From Dehalococcoidia bacterium (lineage in GTDB: Bacteria > Chloroflexota > Dehalococcoidia > Lucifugimonadales > UBA3495), in NCBI GenBank assembly GCA_034420475.1, contig DAOULH010000034.1, positions 4,956 to 68,955 of the forward strand: DNA of 64,000 nt, read 5' to 3'. Shown here in pieces: positions 56,947-64,000 of the stretch. The stretch's first letter is position 1. Each line of letters starts with the position of its first letter. Made by a program: the position numbers and the translations under genes. The notes beneath the pieces were generated by a model. The model saw only the letters and a program-made list of their open reading frames with translations, was not told the DNA's origin and searched no databases.

Positions 56947-58620
56947 CTACGGCCCCCACGGCGCCGCCGCCGCCACATCGCCGTCGCTGACAATGTCCAC
57001 CACCGCCGGCCGGTTGGCGCTCACGGCCTGGTCCAGCGCGGAGTTGATCTGGTTGGGATCGGTGACCCGGATGCCCAGGGCGCCCATGGACTCAGCGATC
57101 TGCGCGAAGTTCGTGTCGTTGAAGCGCCACAGCTCGCCGGAGTTGCCGCCCTCGCGTCCCTCGTAAGCCGCTTCGTCGCCGCGCCGGTCCTGGTTCAAGC
57201 CGCCGTTGTTGTGCACCACGATTACGGCGTTGATGCCGTAGCGCACCGCCGTTTCCAGCTCGCCGATGTGGTACCACATGCCGCCGTCGCCGGTCCAGCA
57301 CACCACCGGCCGGTCGGGCACTCCGCACTTGGCGCCCAGCGCCGCCGGCAGACCCCAACCCAGCGAACCGGCCGCCCGCAGGTACGACTGCCCCTCGTGG
57401 TTCAGGTCCACCATGCTGCCCGTCCAGATGCCGGCATGACCGGTGTCCGCTATCAGGACGGCGTCGGAGGGCAGGAAGTCCGTAAGTTCCTGGCAGAGAC
57501 GCTCCGGACGTATCGGAATTGCATTGGACGTGAGCACCGGTTCGTGTTCGTCGCGCCAGTTCTGCACGTGTTCCTGCGCCCGGGCGACCCAGTTGGCATT
57601 GCCGCCCGTGGGCTCCAGAACGTCCAGCATCGCCTCCAGCGTTCGCTTGGCGTCGCCCTGCAAGCCGTAGGCCGAGGGATATGACCGGCCCAACTCGCTG
57701 GCGTCGATGTCAATCTGGATCACCGGCGTGCCCTCGGCGGGGATCCGCCAGTCCAGCGTGATCTGGCTGCCGGTGTGACTGCCCACGAACAGCACCAGGT
57801 CGGCCTCCGACACCACGCGGTTCGCCGACCAACGGGAATAGCTGCCGACCACGCCCACGGAAAGCGGGTGGTTCTCCGGTATGGATCCCTTGGCGTTCAA
57901 CCCGGTTGCCACCGGGATGTTCAGCATCTCGGCCAGCCGGACCAGCTCGGCCTCGGCGCCCGACGCCGTGACCCCTCCGCCGGCCACGATCACCGGCCGC
58001 TCGGCTTGCGACAGTATCCGCGCCGCCTCGCGAACCCGCTCCGGCTCCGGAGCCGGCCGGAACGCCGGCCGTTGCGTGAACGGCTCCTCCACGATGACGT
58101 CCGTGTCCATGATGCCGTCGGTGATCACGTCGCCCGAGATGCCGGAGAAGTCCAGGTGCGCCGGCAACGTCTGGCCGGTTGTTACCTCGCGGAACGCCTG
58201 TCGCAGCAGGTGGGGAAGTTGCTCGACGGTTTCCACTTCCGCGCTGTACTTGGTAACCGACGCGAAGGGCTTGGAATGTTCGACTTCCTGGTACGAGTTT
58301 CGGTGACGGTGCATCGGCGGGCGATGGCCCGTGATGGCGATCACCGGAGACACTCCCAGGTAGGCGTCCTGGAGCCCGGCGGCCAGGTTGACCGCTCCCA
58401 CCGACTGCGCGAAGCACAGCCCCGGCTTGCCCGTGACCCGGGCGTAGGCGTCCGCCATGTACGCCGCCGACTTCTCGCCGTGGCTGATGATCCGCTTGAT
58501 GCCAACGTCCTCCATCTCGACAAGGGCGCGTCGGATGATCGCGGGAACGAAAAACACGTGGGTTACGCCGTATTCGCGCAGGGTCTCGGCGAGGAAACGG
58601 GCGCCGGTCATGCTGGGCAT
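56947..58620 (-). CDS. thiamine-diphosphate-dependent enzyme (acetolactate synthase large-subunit-like family)
   Basis: GARFLAETLREYGVTHVFFVP, GVSPVIAITG, WTGDGGMWYHIGELETAVRYGINAVIVVHNN. Confidence 0.85.
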   Translation of the reverse strand: MPSMTGARFLAETLREYGVTHVFFVPAIIRRALVEMEDVGIKRIISHGEKSAAYMADAYARVTGKPGLCFAQSVGAVNLAAGLQDAYLGVSPVIAITGHRPPMHRHRNSYQEVEHSKPFASVTKYSAEVETVEQLPHLLRQAFREVTTGQTLPAHLDFSGISGDVITDGIMDTDVIVEEPFTQRPAFRPAPEPERVREAARILSQAERPVIVAGGGVTASGAEAELVRLAEMLNIPVATGLNAKGSIPENHPLSVGVVGSYSRWSANRVVSEADLVLFVGSHTGSQITLDWRIPAEGTPVIQIDIDASELGRSYPSAYGLQGDAKRTLEAMLDVLEPTGGNANWVARAQEHVQNWRDEHEPVLTSNAIPIRPERLCQELTDFLPSDAVLIADTGHAGIWTGSMVDLNHEGQSYLRAAGSLGWGLPAALGAKCGVPDRPVVCWTGDGGMWYHIGELETAVRYGINAVIVVHNNGGLNQDRRGDEAAYEGREGGNSGELWRFNDTNFAQIAESMGALGIRVTDPNQINSALDQAVSANRPAVVDIVSDGDVAAAAPWGP

Positions 58621-58647
58621 CTGGTGGCCTCCTGATTAACAGTGACC

Positions 58648-58673
58648 GTCATTCCGGCTTGCGCTGGAATGAC
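58648..58673. repeat. GTCATTCC-loop-GGAATGAC palindromic intergenic repeat
   Basis: gtcattccgg-cttgcg-ctggaatgac, 10-bp stem including one G-U pair, between the CMD-family gene and the TPP-enzyme gene. Confidence 0.6.
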
Positions 58674-58702
58674 GGCGACGAAAATTCCGTTGATGTGTTC
58701 GG

Positions 58703-59023
58703 CTAGACGCCGCGTTCTTCGAAGACTTCCTTCGCGACCCGCACCGCGTTGGCGGCCACCGGCCAGCCGGCGTAGAAGGCCATGTGAGTGATCACCTCGG
58801 AGATCTCGTCCCGGGTCACGCCGTTGTCCAGCGCGCGGCCGATGTGCCCTCGCAGCTGGTCCGTGCGGTACAGCGCGGTCAGGGTGGCGACCGTGATCAG
58901 GCTGCGGTCCCGCTTCGACAGTTCCGGCCGCTCCCACACGTCCCCGAACAGGACGTCGGCGGAAAGCTCGGCCAGCTTGGGTGATACTTCTTGCATTACG
59001 GTTCGGGCTGCGGGCTGCGTCAT
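58703..59023 (-). CDS. carboxymuconolactone decarboxylase (AhpD-like) family protein
   Basis: FGDVWERPELSKRDRSLITVATLTAL....L..H...AL.NGVTRDEISEVITHMAFYAGWP. AGGAGG before ATG 59023. Confidence 0.8.
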   Translation of the reverse strand: MTQPAARTVMQEVSPKLAELSADVLFGDVWERPELSKRDRSLITVATLTALYRTDQLRGHIGRALDNGVTRDEISEVITHMAFYAGWPVAANAVRVAKEVFEERGV

Positions 59024-59088
59024 GACGCCTCCTGTGTTGTGGTCGCGATTTTCAGTGGCGGATGTCGAACGCTTGCATTGCGCAGGCG

Positions 59089-59529
59089 CTACGCTGCGCG
59101 GAACATGGGCAGGCTGATGTTCTCGTCGATCTCCTCGAACACCACTTCTACGGCCATTCCGCACTGCACGGAATCCGGGCGAATCTCCCCCTCGCTAAAC
59201 TCGATACCCACCAGCCAGGTCGGTATCATTGGTCCCTCTTCCAACTCCACCACCGCCGTGATGTACGGCACCTTGTCGCGGAAGGCCGGAGTCGGCCCCC
59301 GGTGCACGATGGCGAAGGTGTGCAGGGTGCCTCGCCCGCTGGCCTGGATCCACTCGGTATCGCGGGAGAAACACTCCGGGAAGGGACAGATGTCGCGGGG
59401 GTAGAAGTAGGCCCGGTCGCACATGGCGCAGTAGCGCAGCCAGAGCTCGCCTTCCTTGCACTTTTCCCAGTAGAAGTCCGATTCCGGCTGCGGCGCGGGC
59501 AGCGGTATCTGAGGAGCGGCCTGTGTCAT
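59089..59529 (-). CDS. Zn-ribbon/OB-fold protein (DUF35 family, thiolase-associated type)
   Basis: FYWEKCKEGELWLRYCAMCDRAYFYPRDICP.C.S....W...SGRGTLHTFAIV. Confidence 0.75.
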   Translation of the reverse strand: MTQAAPQIPLPAPQPESDFYWEKCKEGELWLRYCAMCDRAYFYPRDICPFPECFSRDTEWIQASGRGTLHTFAIVHRGPTPAFRDKVPYITAVVELEEGPMIPTWLVGIEFSEGEIRPDSVQCGMAVEVVFEEIDENISLPMFRAA

Positions 59530-59724
59530 CTCGTCAATCTCCGGTGCGGAAAATAAGCCGTGTCGGCTCGCCGAGCCAACCGACGGTAAGCATAACGACG
59601 GAACGGACTGGGCGCAACCGATCCGGGCGATCTCCGCACCGTTGGCGCGCCATTTTTGCAGCGTCGTTGACCCTCAATTAACCTAAGTGTAGTGGGCGTG
59701 AGCGAGTTTTTGCTCCTCAATCAC

Positions 59725-60015
59725 TCAAAAGCGTCCTGACCAATCGGATCTTCCCGTCACGCTATCAATAACAAACTGCGGACGCCTCTCGACGGGCATA
59801 TCCGGTATGCGAAACAGCACGACGGCCGGGGGCGCTGGCAGTCCACGATCATAAATCAGCCTGCCAAAATCGCCTTTATCAAAGGTCAATAATATCCTGT
59901 CTTCAGATGCAGCGAGGGACAACACCTCAACGTCATCACTACCACGAGCGGATTCAAACACTGAGAGTACATCGTATCCGGCGTGTCACAGCAATAAAAT
60001 TGTTTCTTCTTCCAT
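59725..60015 (-). pseudogene. DUF5615 (PIN-like) toxin remnant with in-frame TGA (59988-59986) and shortened N-terminus
   Basis: Reads MEEETILLL-stop-HAGYDVLSVFESARGSDDVEVLSLAASEDRILLTFDKGDFG.... The usual LLDEN...L..L segment before (A/G)GYDV is missing. Confidence 0.55.
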
Positions 60016-60037
60016 GTTTTCGTCAACAATAAAGTTC

Positions 60038-60295
60038 CTAATCATGCTCATATCCTACAATCCAGCCGTCAATAGACGACCTGTTTGTCGATTCCCCAAG
60101 CTTTTCACTGGCGCAATGAAGGCATGCACGTATGTCCTCCCGAGTCAACTGCGGGTAACTTGCCAGAATAGCCGCTTCACTGGAGCCTGCGCCCATCAAT
60201 TCCAAGATGAACGACACCGACAGCCGTGTGCCCCTGACTGTCGGTTTGCCCGCCAATATACCCTTGTTGGTTTCGATGTGATCTTTCCAGTTCAT
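60038..60295 (-). CDS. DUF433 antitoxin-like protein
   Basis: ILAGKPTVRGTRLSVSFILELMGAGSSEAAILASYPQLTREDIRACLHCA. Start uncertain (60328 or 60295). Confidence 0.7.
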   Translation of the reverse strand: MNWKDHIETNKGILAGKPTVRGTRLSVSFILELMGAGSSEAAILASYPQLTREDIRACLHCASEKLGESTNRSSIDGWIVGYEHD

Positions 60296-60362
60296 GATGT
60301 CTGTACCGGTTACACTTAAAGAATTCATACGGCTGTATTGTATCGTTCGCCCAAGTTTTCCG

Positions 60363-61268
60363 TCAATTCAGCACCAGCACCGCACCCGCCGCCACCATCC
60401 ACGCCCCGATGGCGATCAGCAGCGGCGCGTCCCGCAGCATCAGCAGTTCCGGCGATTCGGCGTCCCGGCTGTTGTTGAGCAGGTACAGGTAGCGAAACAG
60501 CCCGAATATCACCAGGGGCACGGTGAGCAGCATGGTGTTGTTTGCCGGCAGGTTGTCCGCCTCCACCGTGTACAGCGTGTAGCTCACCAGCGCCGCCGTC
60601 GCCGACAGGATCAGCAACTGCCCGCCCAGCGGCGGAGCATAGTGCGACAGCGTCGCCCGCTGAGCCTCGGGCTCATCGCCGGCCAACCTTGCCTCAGCGT
60701 AACGCCGGCCGATCACGATGAACAGCGCGCCCGCCGCAGTGACCGCGTAGAGCCACGGCGACGGCGCCGCGCCCACCGCCACCGCTCCCGCCACCGCCCG
60801 CAGCACGTAGCCGCCGGCCACGATCATTACGTCAACCAGCGCCACCCGCTTCAGCCGCAAGGAGTAGCCCACGTTGGCGATGAGATAGATCCCGCCGATC
60901 AGCGGCAGTACCAGCGCCGGCGCCGATATGCCGTACAGCCCCGCCATTCCGGCGACTGCCAACACCGTCAGCGTCGATGCGGCCAGCCATCCCGGCACCA
61001 ACCCCGAAGCAATGGGCCGCGCCCGTTTGGTGGGATGCCGGCGGTCCGCCTCCCGGTCCGCCAGGTCGTTCAGCACGTAGACCGCCGATGACAGCGCGCA
61101 GAACGCGGCGAACAGCGCCGCCAGCCTCGGGATGTACGGAATTAGCGTCGAGAGGTCTCCGGGTTCCCAGACCAGGTCCACCGCGAACAGCAGCGGCAGC
61201 AACACCAGCAGGTTCTTCACCCACTGCAGCGGACGGGCCGTCATCAACAGCCCTGTCAGCCGGCTCAT
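60363..61268 (-). CDS. UbiA-family prenyltransferase, decaprenyl-phosphate phosphoribosyltransferase-like
   Basis: RPLQWVKNLLVLLPLLFA, NDLADREADRRHPTKRARPIASG. The ATG overlaps the upstream stop (ATGA). Confidence 0.75.
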   Translation of the reverse strand: MSRLTGLLMTARPLQWVKNLLVLLPLLFAVDLVWEPGDLSTLIPYIPRLAALFAAFCALSSAVYVLNDLADREADRRHPTKRARPIASGLVPGWLAASTLTVLAVAGMAGLYGISAPALVLPLIGGIYLIANVGYSLRLKRVALVDVMIVAGGYVLRAVAGAVAVGAAPSPWLYAVTAAGALFIVIGRRYAEARLAGDEPEAQRATLSHYAPPLGGQLLILSATAALVSYTLYTVEADNLPANNTMLLTVPLVIFGLFRYLYLLNNSRDAESPELLMLRDAPLLIAIGAWMVAAGAVLVLN

Positions 61269-62230
61269 GATTCCCGCGTCGCCCCGGCTTCGCTCGCCAG
61301 CGCGGTTGCGCTGCTCCGGCCGGTCCGCGCCAGCCACAGCCAAGCCAACCCGCCAACGACTACCGCCAGCCAGAGGGTCGCCAGCCGGGTCAGCAGGGTC
61401 GCCAGCGCGGCGGTGGCCGCCGGCAGTCCGGCCTGACCCAGCAGGGCCACCATGCTGCCCTCGAATCCAACCAGGCCGCCGGGCAGCGCCGTCACGGCTC
61501 CCAGCAGCGCCGCCGCCGCCGAGATCGGCAGCGCGATGCCAACCGCGACCTCATCGCCCAGGCCCCGAATGATGACCCACAGCGCCAGACCCTCCGCCGC
61601 CCACGCCAGGAAACCCAAAGCCACCGCCGCGACCAGTATCCGCGGTGACATCAGGCGACGCAGCCCGTCCTGCGACTGCTCCAGCGGTTCGCGCCAGCGC
61701 CGCAATACCGGCAGCTCCAGCGCCTTCACTCCGTACTTTGACGCGGCCAGCAGCCCCACCGCCAAGCCGATAATCAGCAGGCCCCCAACCGTCAATGCAA
61801 TCGGGGTTGGCAACAGCAGGACGCCGGTCAGTCCCAACAGGGCCACGGATATGACGTCGGTCAGCCGCTCCATCACCACCGCCGGCGCCGACGCCGCTAC
61901 CGGCGTTCCCGTGCGCTGGTGGAGCCACACGCTCTTCAGCAGTTCGCCGACCTTGCCCGGCGTGATCGACAGGGCCAATCCCGCCACGAACACCGGCGCG
62001 CTCACCGACGCCGGGGCATTGATCTCCAGGGCGCGCAGGTACATCGACCAGCGGAGGTATCGCAACCCGTAGTTGACCACGGCCAGGCCCGCCCCCGCCG
62101 CGAACCCGGTGAACGCGGCCGGAGAATCGAACAGCGTCCGGCCCACCTGCCGAAAATCGCCGTAGGCCAGCAGCCCGCCGAAGACCGCTGCCGTCAGCAG
62201 CCCCAGCAGCAGCCATCTCCGCCCGTTCAA
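61265..62230 (-). CDS. UPF0104 / lysylphosphatidylglycerol-synthase-TM-region-like (flippase-like) membrane protein
   Basis: Polytopic. YGLRYLRWSMYLRAL, SITPGKVGELLKSVWL. Confidence 0.7.
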   Translation of the reverse strand: MNGRRWLLLGLLTAAVFGGLLAYGDFRQVGRTLFDSPAAFTGFAAGAGLAVVNYGLRYLRWSMYLRALEINAPASVSAPVFVAGLALSITPGKVGELLKSVWLHQRTGTPVAASAPAVVMERLTDVISVALLGLTGVLLLPTPIALTVGGLLIIGLAVGLLAASKYGVKALELPVLRRWREPLEQSQDGLRRLMSPRILVAAVALGFLAWAAEGLALWVIIRGLGDEVAVGIALPISAAAALLGAVTALPGGLVGFEGSMVALLGQAGLPAATAALATLLTRLATLWLAVVVGGLAWLWLARTGRSSATALASEAGATRES

Positions 62231-63024
62231 CCCTCGCCCTCGCGCGCTGTCGCCTTGGCATTCGTCCCGATCACGGGCATCCGGCAGATCTGCGCCGCCA
62301 GGTAGCCCGCTCCGAACCCGTTGTCGATGTTGACCACGCCGACCCCCGGAGCGCAGGAGTTCAGCATTCCCAGCAGCGCCGCCAGACCCTGGAAGCTCGC
62401 CCCATACCCGACGCTGGTAGGCACCGCGATAACCGGCGCCGATACCAACCCCGACACCACGCTGGCCAGCGCCGCCTCCATGCCCGCGACCACAATGATG
62501 ACCCGCGCTTCCTGCAATCGTTCCCGCTGCGCCAGCAGGCGATGCAGGCCCGCCACTCCCACGTCGTTAACCCGGCCGGCCTTGCATCCCATCAGCTCCG
62601 CCGTCAGCGCCGCCTCCTCAGCTACCGGCAGGTCGGCGGTGCCGCCAGTGACGATCAGCAGCCCTACCTCCTCCGGCGGGGTCATCCCTTCGTCCGATAC
62701 CACGATGCAGCGGGCCAAATCGTGGTATAGGGCGGTCGCGACCTCCGCGACCACGGCTTGGTACACGTCGGCCGCGGCTCTGGTGACCAGCACGGGATGC
62801 CCGCGCCCGCTCATCGCCGCCACGATCCCGGCCACCTGTTCCCTGGTCTTCCCTTCCGCCAGCACCACTTCCGGCCAACCCGTCCGCAGCGGCCGGTGGT
62901 GATCCAGCCTGGCGTACCCCAGGTCCTGGTAGGGCAGGTCCCGCAGGGCCTCCATTGCTCGGGACACGGTAAAACTCCCGTCCCGAACGCCCTCCAGCAG
63001 GGTTTGGAGCGCCTCCGCGTCCAA
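62227..63024 (-). CDS. larB: nickel-pincer cofactor biosynthesis protein LarB (AIR-carboxylase-like)
   Basis: LDHHRPLRTGWPEVVLAEGKT, IVTGGTADLPVAEEA, VAGMEAALASVVSGLVSAPVIAVPTSVGYG. Proposed TTG start 63024 with GGAGG 10 nt upstream. The rest of the 63366 ORF overlaps another gene and is not protein-like. Confidence 0.7.
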   Translation of the reverse strand: MDAEALQTLLEGVRDGSFTVSRAMEALRDLPYQDLGYARLDHHRPLRTGWPEVVLAEGKTREQVAGIVAAMSGRGHPVLVTRAAADVYQAVVAEVATALYHDLARCIVVSDEGMTPPEEVGLLIVTGGTADLPVAEEAALTAELMGCKAGRVNDVGVAGLHRLLAQRERLQEARVIIVVAGMEAALASVVSGLVSAPVIAVPTSVGYGASFQGLAALLGMLNSCAPGVGVVNIDNGFGAGYLAAQICRMPVIGTNAKATAREGEG

Positions 63025-63026
63025 CG

Positions 63027-63407
63027 CTAATTCGCCTCCGCTGGCGCCGCGGCCGGCGCTGATCTGGCTTTCATCAGCCGGTACAGCCCGCCCAGCGTGC
63101 TCATGCCGGCCACGTAGGTTGCGAAAACGGCTACGGCAATCCACGTGAGCGCCACGAACCTCCCTGGCATCGGCAGGGACAGCGTCAATATCATCGCAAT
63201 CACCGCCAGGATGATCGCCGACGCCGCGCCCACTGCTGCGCCGAATTTGGCCGCGGCAACCAGCGGCGCCGAACCGGAAGTGTCCACCGACCTGATCCCG
63301 AAGTAGGCCCCCAGAAACGGGCCGAAGGGAGCCAGCAGGAACTGCGCCACGGGAATTATCGTGCACACCAGCATGACCCCCAGGGCAGTCAACAACCCTT
63401 TAGTCAT
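63027..63407 (-). CDS. small integral membrane protein (unknown family)
   Basis: 126 aa from MTKGLLTALGVMLVCTIIPVAQFLLAPFGPFLGAYFG. Four hydrophobic segments. Confidence 0.55.
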   Translation of the reverse strand: MTKGLLTALGVMLVCTIIPVAQFLLAPFGPFLGAYFGIRSVDTSGSAPLVAAAKFGAAVGAASAIILAVIAMILTLSLPMPGRFVALTWIAVAVFATYVAGMSTLGGLYRLMKARSAPAAAPAEAN

Positions 63408-63553
63408 CGCCGTCACGCGGATCGGTTCGATATTTTCGCCCGAACAACATCGGACGCCCAGTATATCCGGTAGCACCTGCGGCTGCATCGTCGGGCGTCG
63501 CTATAATTGTTGCCGCTGTTGACCGGCGACTTTTGAAATTGGAGGCGATTGCC

Positions 63554-63967
63554 ATGAGCAATGCCGAACCCCAGCCCGGCCAGGACGGCCCTTTCGCCGA
63601 ACTCCTGGGCATCCGCCCCGGCATATCCGACGACGGCGTGGGCACCGCATTCATGACCGTTGCGGACAAGCACCGCCAGCGCGCCGGCGTCGTCCAGGGC
63701 GGCCTCCTGGTGACGCTGGCCGACTACGCCTTCTTCCGCGCCTGCCGCTCCGTCCTGCGGGAGGGAGAGCACGCCGTGACCATCGAGCTGAAACTGAACT
63801 TCATCGCCCCGGCCCGCGACGGCGAACTCACCGCCCGCAGCTCCATCAAGAGCCGGGGCGGGCGCATCATCGTTGGCGACATGGAAATCCACGGCGACGA
63901 AGGCCAACTGATCGCCACCGGGATCGGCACCTATATGACGGTTTACGACCGCCCGCGCCCCGGCTGA
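63554..63967 (+). CDS. PaaI-family hotdog thioesterase
   Basis: PFAELLGI......G.......V...H....G.VQGGLLVTLADYA...A........TIELKLNFI.P...GEL.A......RGGRI. GGAGG RBS 8 nt before ATG 63554. Confidence 0.8.
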   Translation: MSNAEPQPGQDGPFAELLGIRPGISDDGVGTAFMTVADKHRQRAGVVQGGLLVTLADYAFFRACRSVLREGEHAVTIELKLNFIAPARDGELTARSSIKSRGGRIIVGDMEIHGDEGQLIATGIGTYMTVYDRPRPG

Positions 63968-64000
63968 GGCGAATGCCTGGTAAGTGTTCAGGATCCGGGA

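Noticed and set aside
59986-59988. In-frame TGA in the DUF5615 gene as a second selenocysteine candidate
   Set aside because: The position does not correspond to a conserved Cys. The surrounding N-terminus is also truncated relative to the family, so pseudogenisation is the simpler reading.
63025-63366. N-terminal 114 codons of the 379-aa ORF containing larB
   Set aside because: This part overlaps the hydrophobic membrane-protein gene (63027-63407) in another frame and is Arg/Gly-rich. LarB homology starts near the TTG at 63024.

Overview
High-GC (by eye roughly 60-65%) bacterial chromosomal segment, densely coded on both strands. There are no rRNA or tRNA genes, CRISPR arrays, transposases or integrases. 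The gene content (many Uma2/DUF820 nucleases, a DUF1800/DUF1501 pair, a cytoplasmic RdhA-like protein, small clan-AA proteases) suggests a Chloroflexota-like, possibly marine, organism; this is a low-confidence inference. The backbone is ordinary metabolism and housekeeping: tcuA-like flavoprotein, GMC oxidoreductase, aminotransferases, sat, crotonase, thrC, greA, qor-like, panD, thiC, trxB, plsY, der, argF, folD, queA, mqnA-like, MTHFR-like, larB and a UbiA-type prenyltransferase. Visibly A/T-richer accessory islets are interspersed: VapBC, HicAB, a decayed DUF433/DUF5615 pair, a tandem Uma2 triplet and a five-gene protease/nuclease cassette. The items most worth a second look are: (1) a minus-strand cassette at 50.6-53.2 kb with three aspartic proteases around a PD-(D/E)XK/DUF4268 nuclease; (2) panD translationally coupled to two sarcosine/dimethylglycine-type N-methyltransferase paralogs plus a third methyltransferase, a candidate beta-alanine betaine pathway; (3) a peroxiredoxin with an in-frame TGA exactly at the peroxidatic Cys position, a candidate selenoprotein; (4) a clear TPP riboswitch in front of a sodium:solute symporter and thiC, preceded by a large A/T-rich nested inverted repeat; (5) a 577-bp structured leader with a near-consensus promoter and a small ORF upstream of panD; (6) several repeat and hairpin families. 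Everything was read by eye. Family assignments rest on remembered motifs, not database searches. Start codons were chosen from RBS spacing and are approximate. Many long ORFs in the supplied track are antisense artefacts of high GC and were not called.
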